DNA of 64,000 nucleotides from Zootoca vivipara (Eukaryota): NCBI RefSeq assembly GCF_963506605.1, contig NC_083288.1, positions 42,532,001 to 42,596,000 of the forward strand, read 5' to 3'. Shown piece by piece: positions 26,654 to 37,432 of this stretch (position 1 is its first letter; each line of letters starts with the position of its first letter). The notes under the pieces were generated by a model. It saw only the letters and a program-made list of their open reading frames with translations, ran no database searches and was not told where the DNA came from. The position numbers and the translations under genes were made by a program.

Positions 26654-27674
26654 CCTGTTTTCTTGACCAAGCTATATGTTTGTTGGTCATGGAATGACAG
26701 AATTTGAACTTTTACAGGAAAATTAATAAAATATAGACACCTAGGAGCCCTCATACCAGGCAATGCTCAGGAATTCTAAGAAAAACCCAAAAGCCTGTGG
26801 TTAAGATCAGGGCAGTTTTGAAAGCTTCAGCCTACCATCTTCATTCAAAATGACGTCCAATTTTATCCACACATAGCTGACAGCCTGCTCCTTGATTTCA
26901 GGAACAAACATGCACAACGTGGTTATGTTATCTTAAGGGGAGGTGCCCAAACGCTTCCTTCCACTCTCTTGCTCTGGCGTAAATATATTTATCCTGCAGT
27001 GGCAATCCTTGGGTCAGATGCAGACAGCGTTCTTCCTTCCTTTGCTTCCTGTTCATCCTGGGATCATTGCCTAAGAGAATGCCAGCCACCGGGACAGTTC
27101 TTCCGCGGTACATTGTCCACTATTAGGGACAGCATGCAAAAAGCGTGAAGGGGGAGCACCCTGGAATTCCTCAGTGCAACACAAGCAAGGGCACCATCGA
27201 TATGCTCTCCACCCACAACTTTGAGGGCAGGGGCCATAACTGCATGCTGCAGGAGGCCCTCGTTTCAATCCCCAACAACATCTCCAGGGTCAGGAGAAAC
27301 CATGAAGAGCCGCGGCCAACCAGAATTGAGAGTACTGAAGTAGATGGACCAATGGTCTGGCTCGGTATAGGACAGCTGCCTGCTTCCCTCCTCTGAACAG
27401 GGAGGCTCCGAAGGACGCTGTCTCCAAACAGCAGCGTGCTCAGAAGCTGCTGCCCCAAGACCTTCCTCACCCCAGTGTAGGAAGGTGGAGGAGTCAGGGA
27501 TGTTGCAGGCCACGCTGCCTTACTCAGCCCTGTGCCTGCCTAGTTATGTGGCTCTTCCCTGTTCAGGTGGAATGCCTAACTAAGGCTGGAGAGGCAACCA
27601 GATACCCAGCATTCTGTAGCTTTCCAGTAGGAGTCTCTGTAACCCAGGGGGGGTCAACAGGAACAGCCACATAT

Positions 27675-28267
27675 CCACAATTCTGGGCGGCATCAATAGG
27701 AGTATAGCATCTAGATCAAGGGAAGTAATAGTACCACTGTATTCTGCTCTGGTCAGACCTCACCTGGGGTAGTGAATCCAGTTCTGGACACCACAGTTCA
27801 AGAAGGATACTGACAAGCTGGAACATATCCAGAGGAGGGCAACCAAAATGGTCAAAGGCCTGGAAACGATGCCTTATGAGGAACGGCTTAGGGAGCTGGG
27901 TATGTTTAGCCTGGAGAAGAGAAGGTTAAGGGGTGATCAGATAGCCATGTTCAAATATATAAAAGGATGTCATCTAGAGAAGGGAGAAAGGTTGTTTTCT
28001 GCTGCTCCAGGGAAGCGGACACGGAGCAATGGATTCAAACTACAAGAAAGAAGATTCCACCTAAACATTAGGAAGAACTTCCTGACAGTAAGAGCTGTTC
28101 GGCAGTGGAATTTGCTACCAAGGAGTATGGTGGAGTCTCCTTCTTTGGAGGCCTTTAAGCAGAGGCTTGACAGCCATCTGTCAGGAATGCTTTGATGGTG
28201 TTTCCTGCTTGGCAGGGAGTTGGACTGGGTGGCCCTTGTGGTCTCTTCCAACTCTATGATTCTATGA
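27675..28267 (+). mobile_element. CR1 LINE 3' fragment
   Basis: ORF 27848-28195 is the CR1 ORF2 C-terminus; (ATTCTATG)n tail; same family as 13303-13790. Confidence 0.92.
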
Positions 28268-29077
28268 TCTGGCCCCATGGGATTCTGGGTAGCCTCCTCA
28301 CAGTCCTGCATTTGCTTCCTGTCTCCTGTTTCTCCAAGCACCGTTTCTCCAAGCATGGATGCTTGCCCTCACCTGCACCCGGCGTAAGCTACTTGCTTTT
28401 GAAGGACAGTGACCTAAGCCTTCTCATGGGGAGAGTGTAAATCGGGGTTGAGAAAGCTGGCAGCCTTCCATATGCTGGGCTCCCGACTCCCATCAGCCCC
28501 AGCCAGGATGGCCAATGGTCAGGGATGATTGGAGTCCTCTGGAGGCCACCATATTGTCCATCTGATGCTATAAGCAGCCAAGTGCTGCATTTTATCACAC
28601 ACAAACATCTCCTTCCTTGGAGGTTTTTAAGCAGAGGTTGGACGGCCATCTGTCATGGATGCTTTAGCTGAGATTCCGGCATTGCAGGGGGTTGGACTGG
28701 ATGACCCTTGGGGTCCCTTCCAACTTGGCAATTCTATGGTTCTAAGACGTTCTGCGAACAAGTAAGCAAGATGGTGTCATCCGTTGATGAAGCGAAGCAG
28801 AGAGTGAACAGGGAGATGCTGAGGACCAAGACTTAATGTTGTTATTATTTATTTTTATTTGAACAGTAGTGGTTTCATGACCTCCACCAAGCGTGACACA
28901 GGCCCCTTCTACATCAAGAAAGCCCAGCAACTTGTTTTACCGCCTGTGAAATGGGTGTAACAATGAAACAAACAGGAAGCACAGGTGGGGCAGGGCAGGG
29001 AGCAAGCAAGCAGTGCCCTTATTTTATGCACAAGCCCAACCAAACAAACATCAGATTCTTGTCGCTTAGTCCTGGCA

Positions 29078-30097
29078 TCAAGAATCAACCGGTGGCAGAG
29101 GTATATGGGTGGGTGGCGAGGGGCTGCGGGTGACCTTCAGAGACCGGCAGTAGAGGAGGGCCTCTTTGCCCAACCCTAGCTGGTAATGCCACCAGTACAG
29201 CTTCTGCCGGGGTTGCAAGATCACCCGCAAAGCCTCTCCTTCCTCAGCTGCCTCCTCCCACTCTTCCTGTTCCGTCCGAAGCCCCAGGCCGCCGTAAGCG
29301 ACAGGGAGGGAAAACTGGTGCTGGAGAAGGGAGGCGGCCAAGGACTCCGGGTCCAGAGATCCAGAGATGCGGTATTTCTGACTGAACGCCAGCTTCGAGG
29401 AACCAACTTTGCGGGTGATTTCGTGGCTGCTGGGCATGGGTAGATCTGTGGCATTGGAGATCAGCTTGAGGCATTCCCAAGCGCCAAAGGCAGCCCCGTG
29501 GGTGTGGCCCAGCCCCCCAGGAAGGAAGGAGACCACGTCAGGGTGGACGGAGAAAGTCTCCTTGTGCCCTGCCGCTGCAAAAAGGTAGCCACAAAGGCCG
29601 TTTTCTTCATCCATCCTTAAGCAGGCGAGGTGGGTGGCGTCGGCACCATAGTAATACAGTCCATTGAGAAGTGCCGGCTCCAAACAGATCTCCTTAGCTG
29701 CGGCTCCAGTGGCCAGGTCAGCCACGGATAGGACCATTCCACGTGTTAGGAAAAAGATGAAGAACCGGCCCTCGCAGAAGGCGTAATGGCTGCCTCCTTG
29801 GCAGCTGGGGTGCAACGGGAGGGCACCGGAGGGCGGCTCGGAGCTCAGGTCAAGCACTTTGCAGAACGAGTCCCCATGAAGGAGGTAGATGGCGGAGCTC
29901 GTGGGGTCCCCCACGTAATGGTCCCCGCCACGGCAGGCCGGGTGCAGATCCCACACTTGGATGTCCTGCCCCAAACGGAAGTCGAGCGCTTGGAGGAAAC
30001 AACCCAGGTCTGAGCGGACGATGAAGAAACCGTGGCGGGTAGCAAAGATGTCTGTGCCAGGGGAGTCTGCCCGGGGCACAATGGCAGCCATGGACAT
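29078..30097 (-). CDS. Uncharacterised protein A, 339 aa: four propeller-like repeats + putative aerolysin/lysenin-type beta-pore-forming domain
   Basis: Long uninterrupted GC-rich ORF; internal repeats LHPACRGGDHY / LHPSCQGGSHY / LEPALLNGLYY / VHPDVVSF; full-length paralogy with 34616-35596; strong upstream acceptor (AG at 30210-30209) with no intervening ATG; AATAAA on the minus strand at 28854-28859. Fold assignment is inference. Confidence 0.85.
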   Translation of the reverse strand: MSMAAIVPRADSPGTDIFATRHGFFIVRSDLGCFLQALDFRLGQDIQVWDLHPACRGGDHYVGDPTSSAIYLLHGDSFCKVLDLSSEPPSGALPLHPSCQGGSHYAFCEGRFFIFFLTRGMVLSVADLATGAAAKEICLEPALLNGLYYYGADATHLACLRMDEENGLCGYLFAAAGHKETFSVHPDVVSFLPGGLGHTHGAAFGAWECLKLISNATDLPMPSSHEITRKVGSSKLAFSQKYRISGSLDPESLAASLLQHQFSLPVAYGGLGLRTEQEEWEEAAEEGEALRVILQPRQKLYWWHYQLGLGKEALLYCRSLKVTRSPSPPTHIPLPPVDS

Positions 30098-31027
30098 CTC
30101 GGGATGGGGAGATGCAGAAGAGGTTCTTATCGACAGGTGTTAGCAAATACAGGTTAATGGAACCTCCAGGTCCAGAGGCAATATATCACGAAATGTGAGT
30201 TGCTGTTGCTGGTAGAGAGGGAAAAGGAAATGAGAAAGACATGTTTAGTTATACAAAGCAATGAAGTGGCCCTTAACTCAGGGCTGGGTCCTGCTGTGTT
30301 AAAAAATATGTAACATTCTGTGCCAAACTGCATCAATAACACCTGTTGAGAACATCTTATGTTGCATTATTTTCCACCCCCTTAAAAAGCAACAATGATA
30401 TAGCATAATTTATTCTGATTTAGCTCTAAGGTGCTGTGCAGAGCCCAGTGAAATGTCATTTGATTACCCACCTGAGATCTTGGATTTCTTCTGCCCGTGT
30501 GCTTTCTCAAGGAAATCTTTGCAAACACACAGTTACACTTATATGTAAAGCTGAAATTCTCAGGAAGCTAGATTCTGCACCTGAGCCCATCGTGTAAGGC
30601 ACCCTAACCTTACGGCAGATTCAAGCGTGAGATCATTAACCTACATCATTCAACAAGTTCCTACTGAATACTTGTGGAGCCCTTTGATTATGAGAAGTGG
30701 GGCTGTTGTTCAAATCTCAAATCCAGATAGGTGTGCTTTGTTGTATCTGCAAACACTGTGCCATGACAGATGTTTTAATTTCATTTTCCTTTGGAAGTCA
30801 GCCATGCTTTTTTTCCTAGGGCATTTCCCTGGTTTACGTAACTTTAGTATGCATTAGTGCCTAGGGCCTCGTTTCCCAGAGTTTTGGCTTGTTAGCAGCA
30901 CCTGACTGGACAATGTTATATGCATATACTGTTATATGTTCCCCTGCCTAGATTCATAATGCTGTTGTGGCAATTTGAGTTGAAAACACTGAGTACGCCA
31001 GCAATTATCTAAAAACCTCAACAAGAT

Positions 31028-31162
31028 AGGTCAGTTGGTACAGCATGGGACTCTTAAGGGTCGTGGGTTCGAGCCACAGATTGGGCAAGAAGATTCCTGC
31101 ATTGCAGAGGGTTGGACTAAATGGCCTGTGGTCGTTTTCCAATTCTACAATTCTATAATTTC
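31028..31162 (+). mobile_element. tRNA-headed SINE with CR1-like 3' tail
   Basis: GTCAGTTGGT...GGGTTCGAGCC head followed by GGGTTGGACT...TTCCAATTCTACAATTCTA CR1-type end. Confidence 0.6.
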
Positions 31163-32351
31163 ATAAGCAATTAGTGTGTGCAAGCTGAATACTAGGAAAG
31201 GTCGCAGCTCAGAGGCAGAACATCTGCTTTGCATGCAGAAGATCCCATGTTGAACCCCTGGTTTGTGTGTGTGCTGCCAGTCAGTGTAAACAATACTGAG
31301 CTAGGCAGACAAACGGTCAGACTCGGAATTAGGAAGTTCCTTGAGATTGCACTTTTAAGAGGCACAAAACCAAGGATCAAGGAGTGTGGTTTGCAATTCA
31401 GGCTTCTTAGGATTATTCTCAGCTATGGAAGACCAATGACCATTGGATGTTTACTGGCACCAAGAGTCTTATTAATTAACCAGATCTGGCAAGAAGCAGA
31501 AACACAACAGGATCTGGCAAGAAGCAGAAACACAACAGGAGAAGCTCTCCGGTGTTGTAGGAGGTAGATAGCATCATTGCTGTAATCCTCCTCCTCCTGC
31601 TGCCTCTCTCCACATTGCAAAGAAGCTGTGCCGGAATATTAAGAAAAAGTGGCAATCTTAAGAGAGTGTGTGCCATGGTTTCTTGAGCTGCAGAAGGCCA
31701 GGACACCCCCAGTTCCAGAATCATGTGGCATTTCTGCGCAGGCCATAGGAACGGTGCATGAGGGATTCTATTCCTGCAGGGTCACTCCTTGTGGGCGGAA
31801 CTGGGCCAGGAAGGAAACCAGGACTCCTGGGCTTCTGTCACAAGGGCTAATTCCCAAGCCCAAGGCACAGAGCCTTTATTTTCTAAGCATTCGAAGAGCA
31901 CACTGAAACGCAAGCTGTGAGCACAAACAGAGCGCTTCGCCCATCACAACAAGTTAACAATAATCACAGCCCTTCTTCCACTTCCCAATGCAAAATTAGT
32001 GTAGCGGAGCTTCTCCCCTCTAAAACCCCATTCCAGTCATTCTACTGGGAGGGAGGGGACGGGGAAGGAAACTAACATGCTTTCAGGAGTGATCTAATAA
32101 TTTTTAGAAGCTACCTGAAACTCCCCCCTCCTTTTTACAATCAAGCCGTGTATAGCTTTCATGAAAACAAACAAACAAACAAGCAAGCAAATGACATCAC
32201 CCCCCTCTCCTTCTCTCCCCCCCCCCCAGACTAATTTTCAAAAATTGAAGGATTCGGCCTCTCTAACTGACGGTTGTTAGCACCGCCGCCACCATGAAAC
32301 CCCTAAAACTTCTCACACACCCCTGGGGCACCCCGCTGCGTGGTGGAGTGC

Positions 32352-32412
<61 letters not shown>
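32352..32412. repeat. (AAC)n microsatellite
   Basis: About 20 tandem AAC units. Confidence 0.98.
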
Positions 32413-32413
<1 letters not shown>

Positions 32414-32898
32414 GCATGCGAGGAAGCCTGCAAGCGAGTGACAACAAGCAGCAGAGGTCGGTTGGAGCGAGGGTGGGGAACATGCAAATGCAGCTGCAGA
32501 AAATCCTCACCTGGTTTGCAGGCTCTCGCGCCAATTTCACCAGGGCGCAGAGACTTCCCGGACCGCAGGCGCTGACAGCCGGGTCACGGCAGCTTCCCGG
32601 AAGAGGCTGGCGGAGAAGGCCGGGCTCCCCGGCTCCTCCCTCCCGAGGGGGAGGAGACCCAAAACCAAAGAAAAGGAAAGTTTGCGGAGAGCGGAGCTGC
32701 GGGCAGGGAGTTGGGTTCTCTGTGCTTCTGCATCGCTTTTTGGGCATAGGGCAGGCGCAAAGGACGGACTCTATCCCGACAGCTTCCATCCCAGGAGGAG
32801 GAGATCTAGGGTGAGATCAGCAGATCTCCGCCTAGATCTGCTCCCGCTTCAGGATCTGGGCGTGAAGCGAAGCCGCTGAGCTGTTCGCGTCTGGCGCA

Positions 32899-32988
32899 CA
32901 TAGCTGCCAAGTTTTCCCTTTTCTCGCGAGGAAGCCTATTCAGCATAATGGAAAATCCCTTTAAAAAAGGGATAACTTGGCAGCTATG
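32899..32988. mobile_element. 90-bp hAT MITE inside the CpG island
   Basis: TIR CATAGCTGCCAAGTT, 8-bp TSD CTGGCGCA. Confidence 0.9.
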
Positions 32989-34615
32989 CTGGCGCAGGAG
33001 CGCGCGAGAAAAATTTGACCACCCCACCCCCGCCACACCTCCCATCTTTGGGCGCCGCCGGAGAGAGGTGTGTGTGTGGGGGGACGGAATCTACGTAGTT
33101 CGGCTTGTGGGGAGGGCGGCAGGCTGGTGTGTGACATTGCCCGGTCGTGTGTACGTGGGCAAATTCAGGTGGCAAATTCAAAAGTGCTGGGTCCCTTCGC
33201 AGCCACGCCCCTTCTGAGGTTATACAACCGGCTAAGATTATGCAATAATTATGCAATGATTATTAGGGATGTGTATTGCAACAAAAGTGACAGATCTCCA
33301 TGCTGTCTTTCCGGTAGAGCTGTTATTTTCGGTGCAAATATACGGGTGAAAAATCGGGAGGGCTCCAGTAGCTTCCTTTGGCATGTCTTTAAATTGTGTG
33401 TTTTTACGGCCAAGTTCCACCATACGCAACAGAACTTTCACTCGATGCTGCAGAAATCCCAGTGAGCTTGAGGGCCGACACGAGTCCCCCCCCCAATCCT
33501 ATATTTGCATCTATACAAATAAAGTTGCATATGCAAACTTGTGTCTTGAAACAGTACCTCAAGTATTTTGCAAGTGTTTTAGCTTTAGAAATCTGCAATT
33601 CAAAGGCAGGAAGACAAGTCAGTCCCACACAATGCTCTGTAACACAGTCATAGACCACAAATTCATTCCTGTATAGTAAAACACTGGCACAGGGACAGTT
33701 TCCCCCCTACCCCAAGAAAAAAGAAAGCCACAGTCCCTTTATCTGGTTGTGTTGCTGTTACAGGGTCCCCCAAGCCTCTTGAGTTCATTTGACCCCTTGA
33801 TGAGCTCATAAAGTTGTCAGTCTCCAACCCAGATTCTTAGGAATGCATATGAAATGAAGCCAAGGAACATCAACATATAATCGACATTTATTAATCATCA
33901 TCACTAGGAATCATAAAACACACAAAAAAGGAATACGGCTGTATTGTGGAATCATCAAATGCAGATGTTCCTCACTGGCAAGGGAGGTGCACTCTGCACA
34001 TGCCCATGCCATGTGTTTCTGGGGCTCTGAGCTCCTAATTATTTTTTTTGTGCTATTCCGCTAATCTTTTCTACGTCTTTTCCAACCCCATTTCAACCTA
34101 TAGGTGTTTATTCACCCTCTGCATAAACTCACCAACCCTAGAGTCAGGGCTGACCACTCTGGACAACTCTGCTCTAATTTTCTGTATCAAGGCTGCAGGA
34201 GTGGGGGATCTATTAATTAAAACAACCACAGAAACATGAGAAGGAATTCTCAATCTGTAGTGAGATTTGATGGGCCCTCTATTCAAGCATTAAAAGCATT
34301 TTAAAGCATTTTATTAAGCTTTTGTGGACACACACACACACAAGCTTTTGTGGACACACACACACACACACACACACAGCATCCCCAGGAATTCTTTCCA
34401 ATTTAGCCTTCTAGATGTTGCTGGACTGCAACACCCATCAATCTTGACCACTGGCTGGGGTTGATGGGATTTGGTATCTGCTAACATTGAGAAGGCCACA
34501 GGTTCCCCCATCCCTGGTTTGTTTATTTATTTCAGCATTTATCAATCGGTAGCGTACAGAAATACATCTAAGAGGAAAAGGTGGAAAGCAAAGGGGAGTT
34601 GGAGCCAGCTGGCGT

Positions 34616-35596
34616 TTAGGATGAAGAAGGCAGGGGGACCTTAGTGGGCGGGTCGCAACCAAGAGTGACCTCAATTTCCTTGCAAAACAAGATGGCCTCC
34701 TTCCCTAGCCCCAGCTGATACTGCCACACATAGGCAACATCTTCAGGTTGCAGCGTGAACTGCAGGGTCGTCTCCACCTCACGGGCTTCCCCCCATTCCT
34801 CATGCTCTGTGTTCAGGCCCACTCCGCCATATTCGGTCGGTAACCCAAACTGGGCCTTGGCCAGCGCCACGGCGACAGAGCCTGGCTCAGGAGAATCTGG
34901 CAGAGCCGCTGCCACCCAGCCGCGCCCGACGTCAGCCAGCTTTTCTGTGGCGCAGCCCACTTTCCGGGACACTTCCTGTAACCTGGAGACAGGGGTGTCG
35001 GAGTAGTTGTGGAAAATGTTCAGCAGCTCCCAGGCCTTGAATGCGTCCCCTTTGCCGAGGCCGAGACCTCCCGGCAAGAAGTTGAGGACGCTGGGGTGGA
35101 AAGAAAAGACTTCTCCGCTGAAGTTATCCCACAGCTGCCAGTAGAGGTAACTGCGATGGCTTCCCATCTTCTCGTTGGACCACTGATGGTGTCCTGGCTG
35201 TGTGTCTGGATCTGGTTCCCCTGTGGTCAAGTCCTTGACCGCCGTCACGGTGCCCGGGCTCAAGATTATGCCAAAGGAGCCACCGGAAACAACGAAATAA
35301 TGTTGCCCAGCGCAGCAGCTGGGGTGCAGGCGACGGGATTCTCCGCTGGGCTCGGTGTGAAGGTCTTGGGTTTCCAGGAGTTTGTTGTCCCGGATGACGT
35401 AGACGGTATTGTGCCAACGGGAGCCGAAATAGTGTTCGCCGCCATGCAGGGAAGGGTGCAAGGGCCAAAGCTCAGCGCAGGGCGAGGTCGGCAAACCGGA
35501 GAGGAGCAGGTAGCAGTTCATATCAGGGCGAAGAATCACATCTCCAGCCCTGGTGCTAAAAATGTGGACTTTGGGGACTTCCTTCTGCAGAACCAT
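34616..35596 (-). CDS. Uncharacterised protein B, about 326 aa: paralog of protein A
   Basis: Open frame; LHPSLHGGEHY / LHPSCCAGQHY / FHPSVLNFLPGGLG repeats and WQYQLGLGKEAILFC C-terminus shared with A; likely start is Met60 of the ORF track, just after a pyrimidine tract + AG (35610-35609); AATAAA on the minus strand at 34522-34527. Confidence 0.82.
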   Translation of the reverse strand: MVLQKEVPKVHIFSTRAGDVILRPDMNCYLLLSGLPTSPCAELWPLHPSLHGGEHYFGSRWHNTVYVIRDNKLLETQDLHTEPSGESRRLHPSCCAGQHYFVVSGGSFGIILSPGTVTAVKDLTTGEPDPDTQPGHHQWSNEKMGSHRSYLYWQLWDNFSGEVFSFHPSVLNFLPGGLGLGKGDAFKAWELLNIFHNYSDTPVSRLQEVSRKVGCATEKLADVGRGWVAAALPDSPEPGSVAVALAKAQFGLPTEYGGVGLNTEHEEWGEAREVETTLQFTLQPEDVAYVWQYQLGLGKEAILFCKEIEVTLGCDPPTKVPLPSSS

Positions 35597-35689
35597 CGCA
35601 GTCAAGACCTTCAGGGGGCAGAGAAGGAGAAACGGGTAGAGAATGAGAAAGGAAGTGGCCTCGTTTTTAGAAATAATAATAAGAATAAT

Positions 35690-36035
35690 ATTTTTACCCC
35701 ACCCCACTGTGGCTCCCAACAGAATTAATGATAATAATAATAATAAAAATAAAAAAGATAAAACATCAGACATTAAAAACTTCCCTAAATAGGACTGCCT
35801 TCAGATATCTTTTAAAAGTTAGATAGTTGTTTATTTCCTTGACATCTGATGGGAAGGCCCTCTGCCTGGTTCCCTGCAAACTCACTTCTCGCAGAACTGC
35901 TAGAAGGCCCTTGGAGCTGGACCTCAGTGTCCGGGCTGAGCAATGGGGGTGGAGATGCTCCTTCAGGTATACAGGGCCGAGACCATTTAGGGCTTTGAAG
36001 ATCAGCACCAACACTTTGAATTGTGCTTGGAAACG
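35690..36035 (-). mobile_element. L2-type LINE 3' fragment
   Basis: Peptide RFQAQFKVLVLIFKALNGLGPVYLKEHLHPH-SARTLRSS; same family as 47958-48283. Confidence 0.75.
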
Positions 36036-36989
36036 CACACCTCTCTCCGTCTTGATCTAATAATCCATCCCAACATAGCTTACTTAGCTCAGTGTTGTTT
36101 ACTCTGACAGGCGGTGGCCCTCCAGGGTTTTAGGCAGGAAGTCTCTCCCAACCCTTCCTGGAGATGCCAGGAATTGAACCCGGGACCTTCGACATACAAG
36201 GCTGATGCTCCATCATTTGAGCTACCGTCTAAGATTGTGCTCCCTCCCTCTCACACACAAAAGACCCAAACTGTTACAAAAGACCCGAACTGCACCAGAC
36301 TTTCACACGACGTCAGCAAATTCATCACCCAATAAAAATTATTTGCATATTGGATGTTATGCTAATGGCGCAATGAGCAACCACCTGCAGGTTCGGTGTG
36401 TGTTGCAAAATTTCCATTAACGGCAAGCCAGTGGTTCTGTTGCCTTTCTAATCTAGCTTGCCTAATATGCATTTGAAATATCCATTTTTCCATTCTGTGC
36501 AATGAAGAGTTCTGTGAAACCAAGAGGCCTGCATATTCCTATCTCAGTTAAGAGGGTCCAATAGAAAGATTTTGCCCACCTTCATTTCTTTGCAGACCAA
36601 TGCAGTGCCCACTAGGTACTTAACTGCCACACTTTCCTGCCACAGATTCATAGTTGGCATGAAATAAACACCTCTGTTGAGGACAATGTATATTTTATTT
36701 CGCCAATAAAGGGCTGAGTGTCCTCATTCCCAGGAAAACCACTTTTCGTTCATGGCAGGGCTTCTGTGTGCCTCGAATGCAAGGCAGAAATTTAACAGGT
36801 GCAGCATTTGAAGACAAAGTGGTTGGGGAAAACATCACCTGTTCAGTTCCTGCCTGGCATGTAATTGTTTAAAACACAGGCACCCTCCTAGAAAATAAAA
36901 GCGGCAAACCCTATGCAATCCTAGCCCCACCCGTTTGACAATTATTCAGTATATTCTATAACACCCCCACCTTCCCTTCCTTTTCTATA

Positions 36990-37432
36990 CAGTGGTACCT
37001 CGGTTTATGAACACAATTGGTTCCGGAAGTCTGTTCATAAACTGAAGCGTTCATAAACTGAAACGAACTTTCCCATTGAAAGTAATGGAAAGTGAATTAA
37101 TCCGTTTCAGACAGTCCACAGAGTACTTAAACTGAAGCGTTCATAAAGTGAAGTGAACTTTCCCATTGAAAGTAATGGAAAGTGGATTAATCCGTTCCAG
37201 ACGGGTCCACGGAGTATAAACCTGAAGCTTACTTAACCCGAAGCATGGGTGTAATTGGTTCCGGAAGTCTGTTCATAAACTGAAGCGTTCATAAACTGAA
37301 GCGTTCATAAACTGAAGCGAACTTTCCCATTGAAAGTAATGGAAAGTGAATTCATCCATTCCAGATGGGTCCGTGGCGTTCATAAACCAAAAATTCATAA
37401 ACCGAGGTGTTCATAAACTGAGGTTCCACTTG
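36990..37432. mobile_element. Tc1/mariner-type MITE with internal tandem repeats
   Basis: TA-CAGTGGTACCTCGGTTTATGAAC...GAGGTTCCACTTG-TA. Confidence 0.8.

Larger units (their letters stand above)
32280..33220 (-). promoter_or_regulatory. CpG island; probable promoter and non-coding exon 1 of gene A, with GAS and ISRE motifs
   Basis: CpG-rich; minus-strand donor CAG|GTGAGG at 32511/32510; TTCCCGGAA at 32594-32602; GAAAAGGAAAGT at 32670-32681. Confidence 0.6.

Noticed and set aside
26800-27520. Short ORFs between KHNYN and gene A, checked as possible SDR39U1 exons
   Set aside because: No recognisable similarity or consistent splice pattern
32285-32575. Perfect GCCGCCACCATG Kozak context opening a 93-aa poly-Thr ORF on the + strand
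   Set aside because: ORF content is an (AAC)n microsatellite plus GC-rich island sequence with no recognisable domain; lies in the predicted first intron of gene A on the opposite strand. Cannot be fully excluded without RNA data
32416-32814. ORF containing PKPKKRKV, resembling the SV40 NLS
   Set aside because: The codons are the A-rich ISRE-like motif read in frame; no other coding signal
35009-35728. 239-aa + strand ORF and similar antisense ORFs over KHNYN, NAT and OR exons
   Set aside because: Shadow ORFs of GC-rich coding sequence on the opposite strand
35597-35773. Hydrophobic signal-peptide-like N-terminus of the 385-aa ORF (MSDVLSFLFLLLLLSLILLG...)
   Set aside because: Encoded by the (TTA)n tail region of an L2 fragment and an intronic pyrimidine tract; homology to paralog A begins only after the acceptor at 35610-35609
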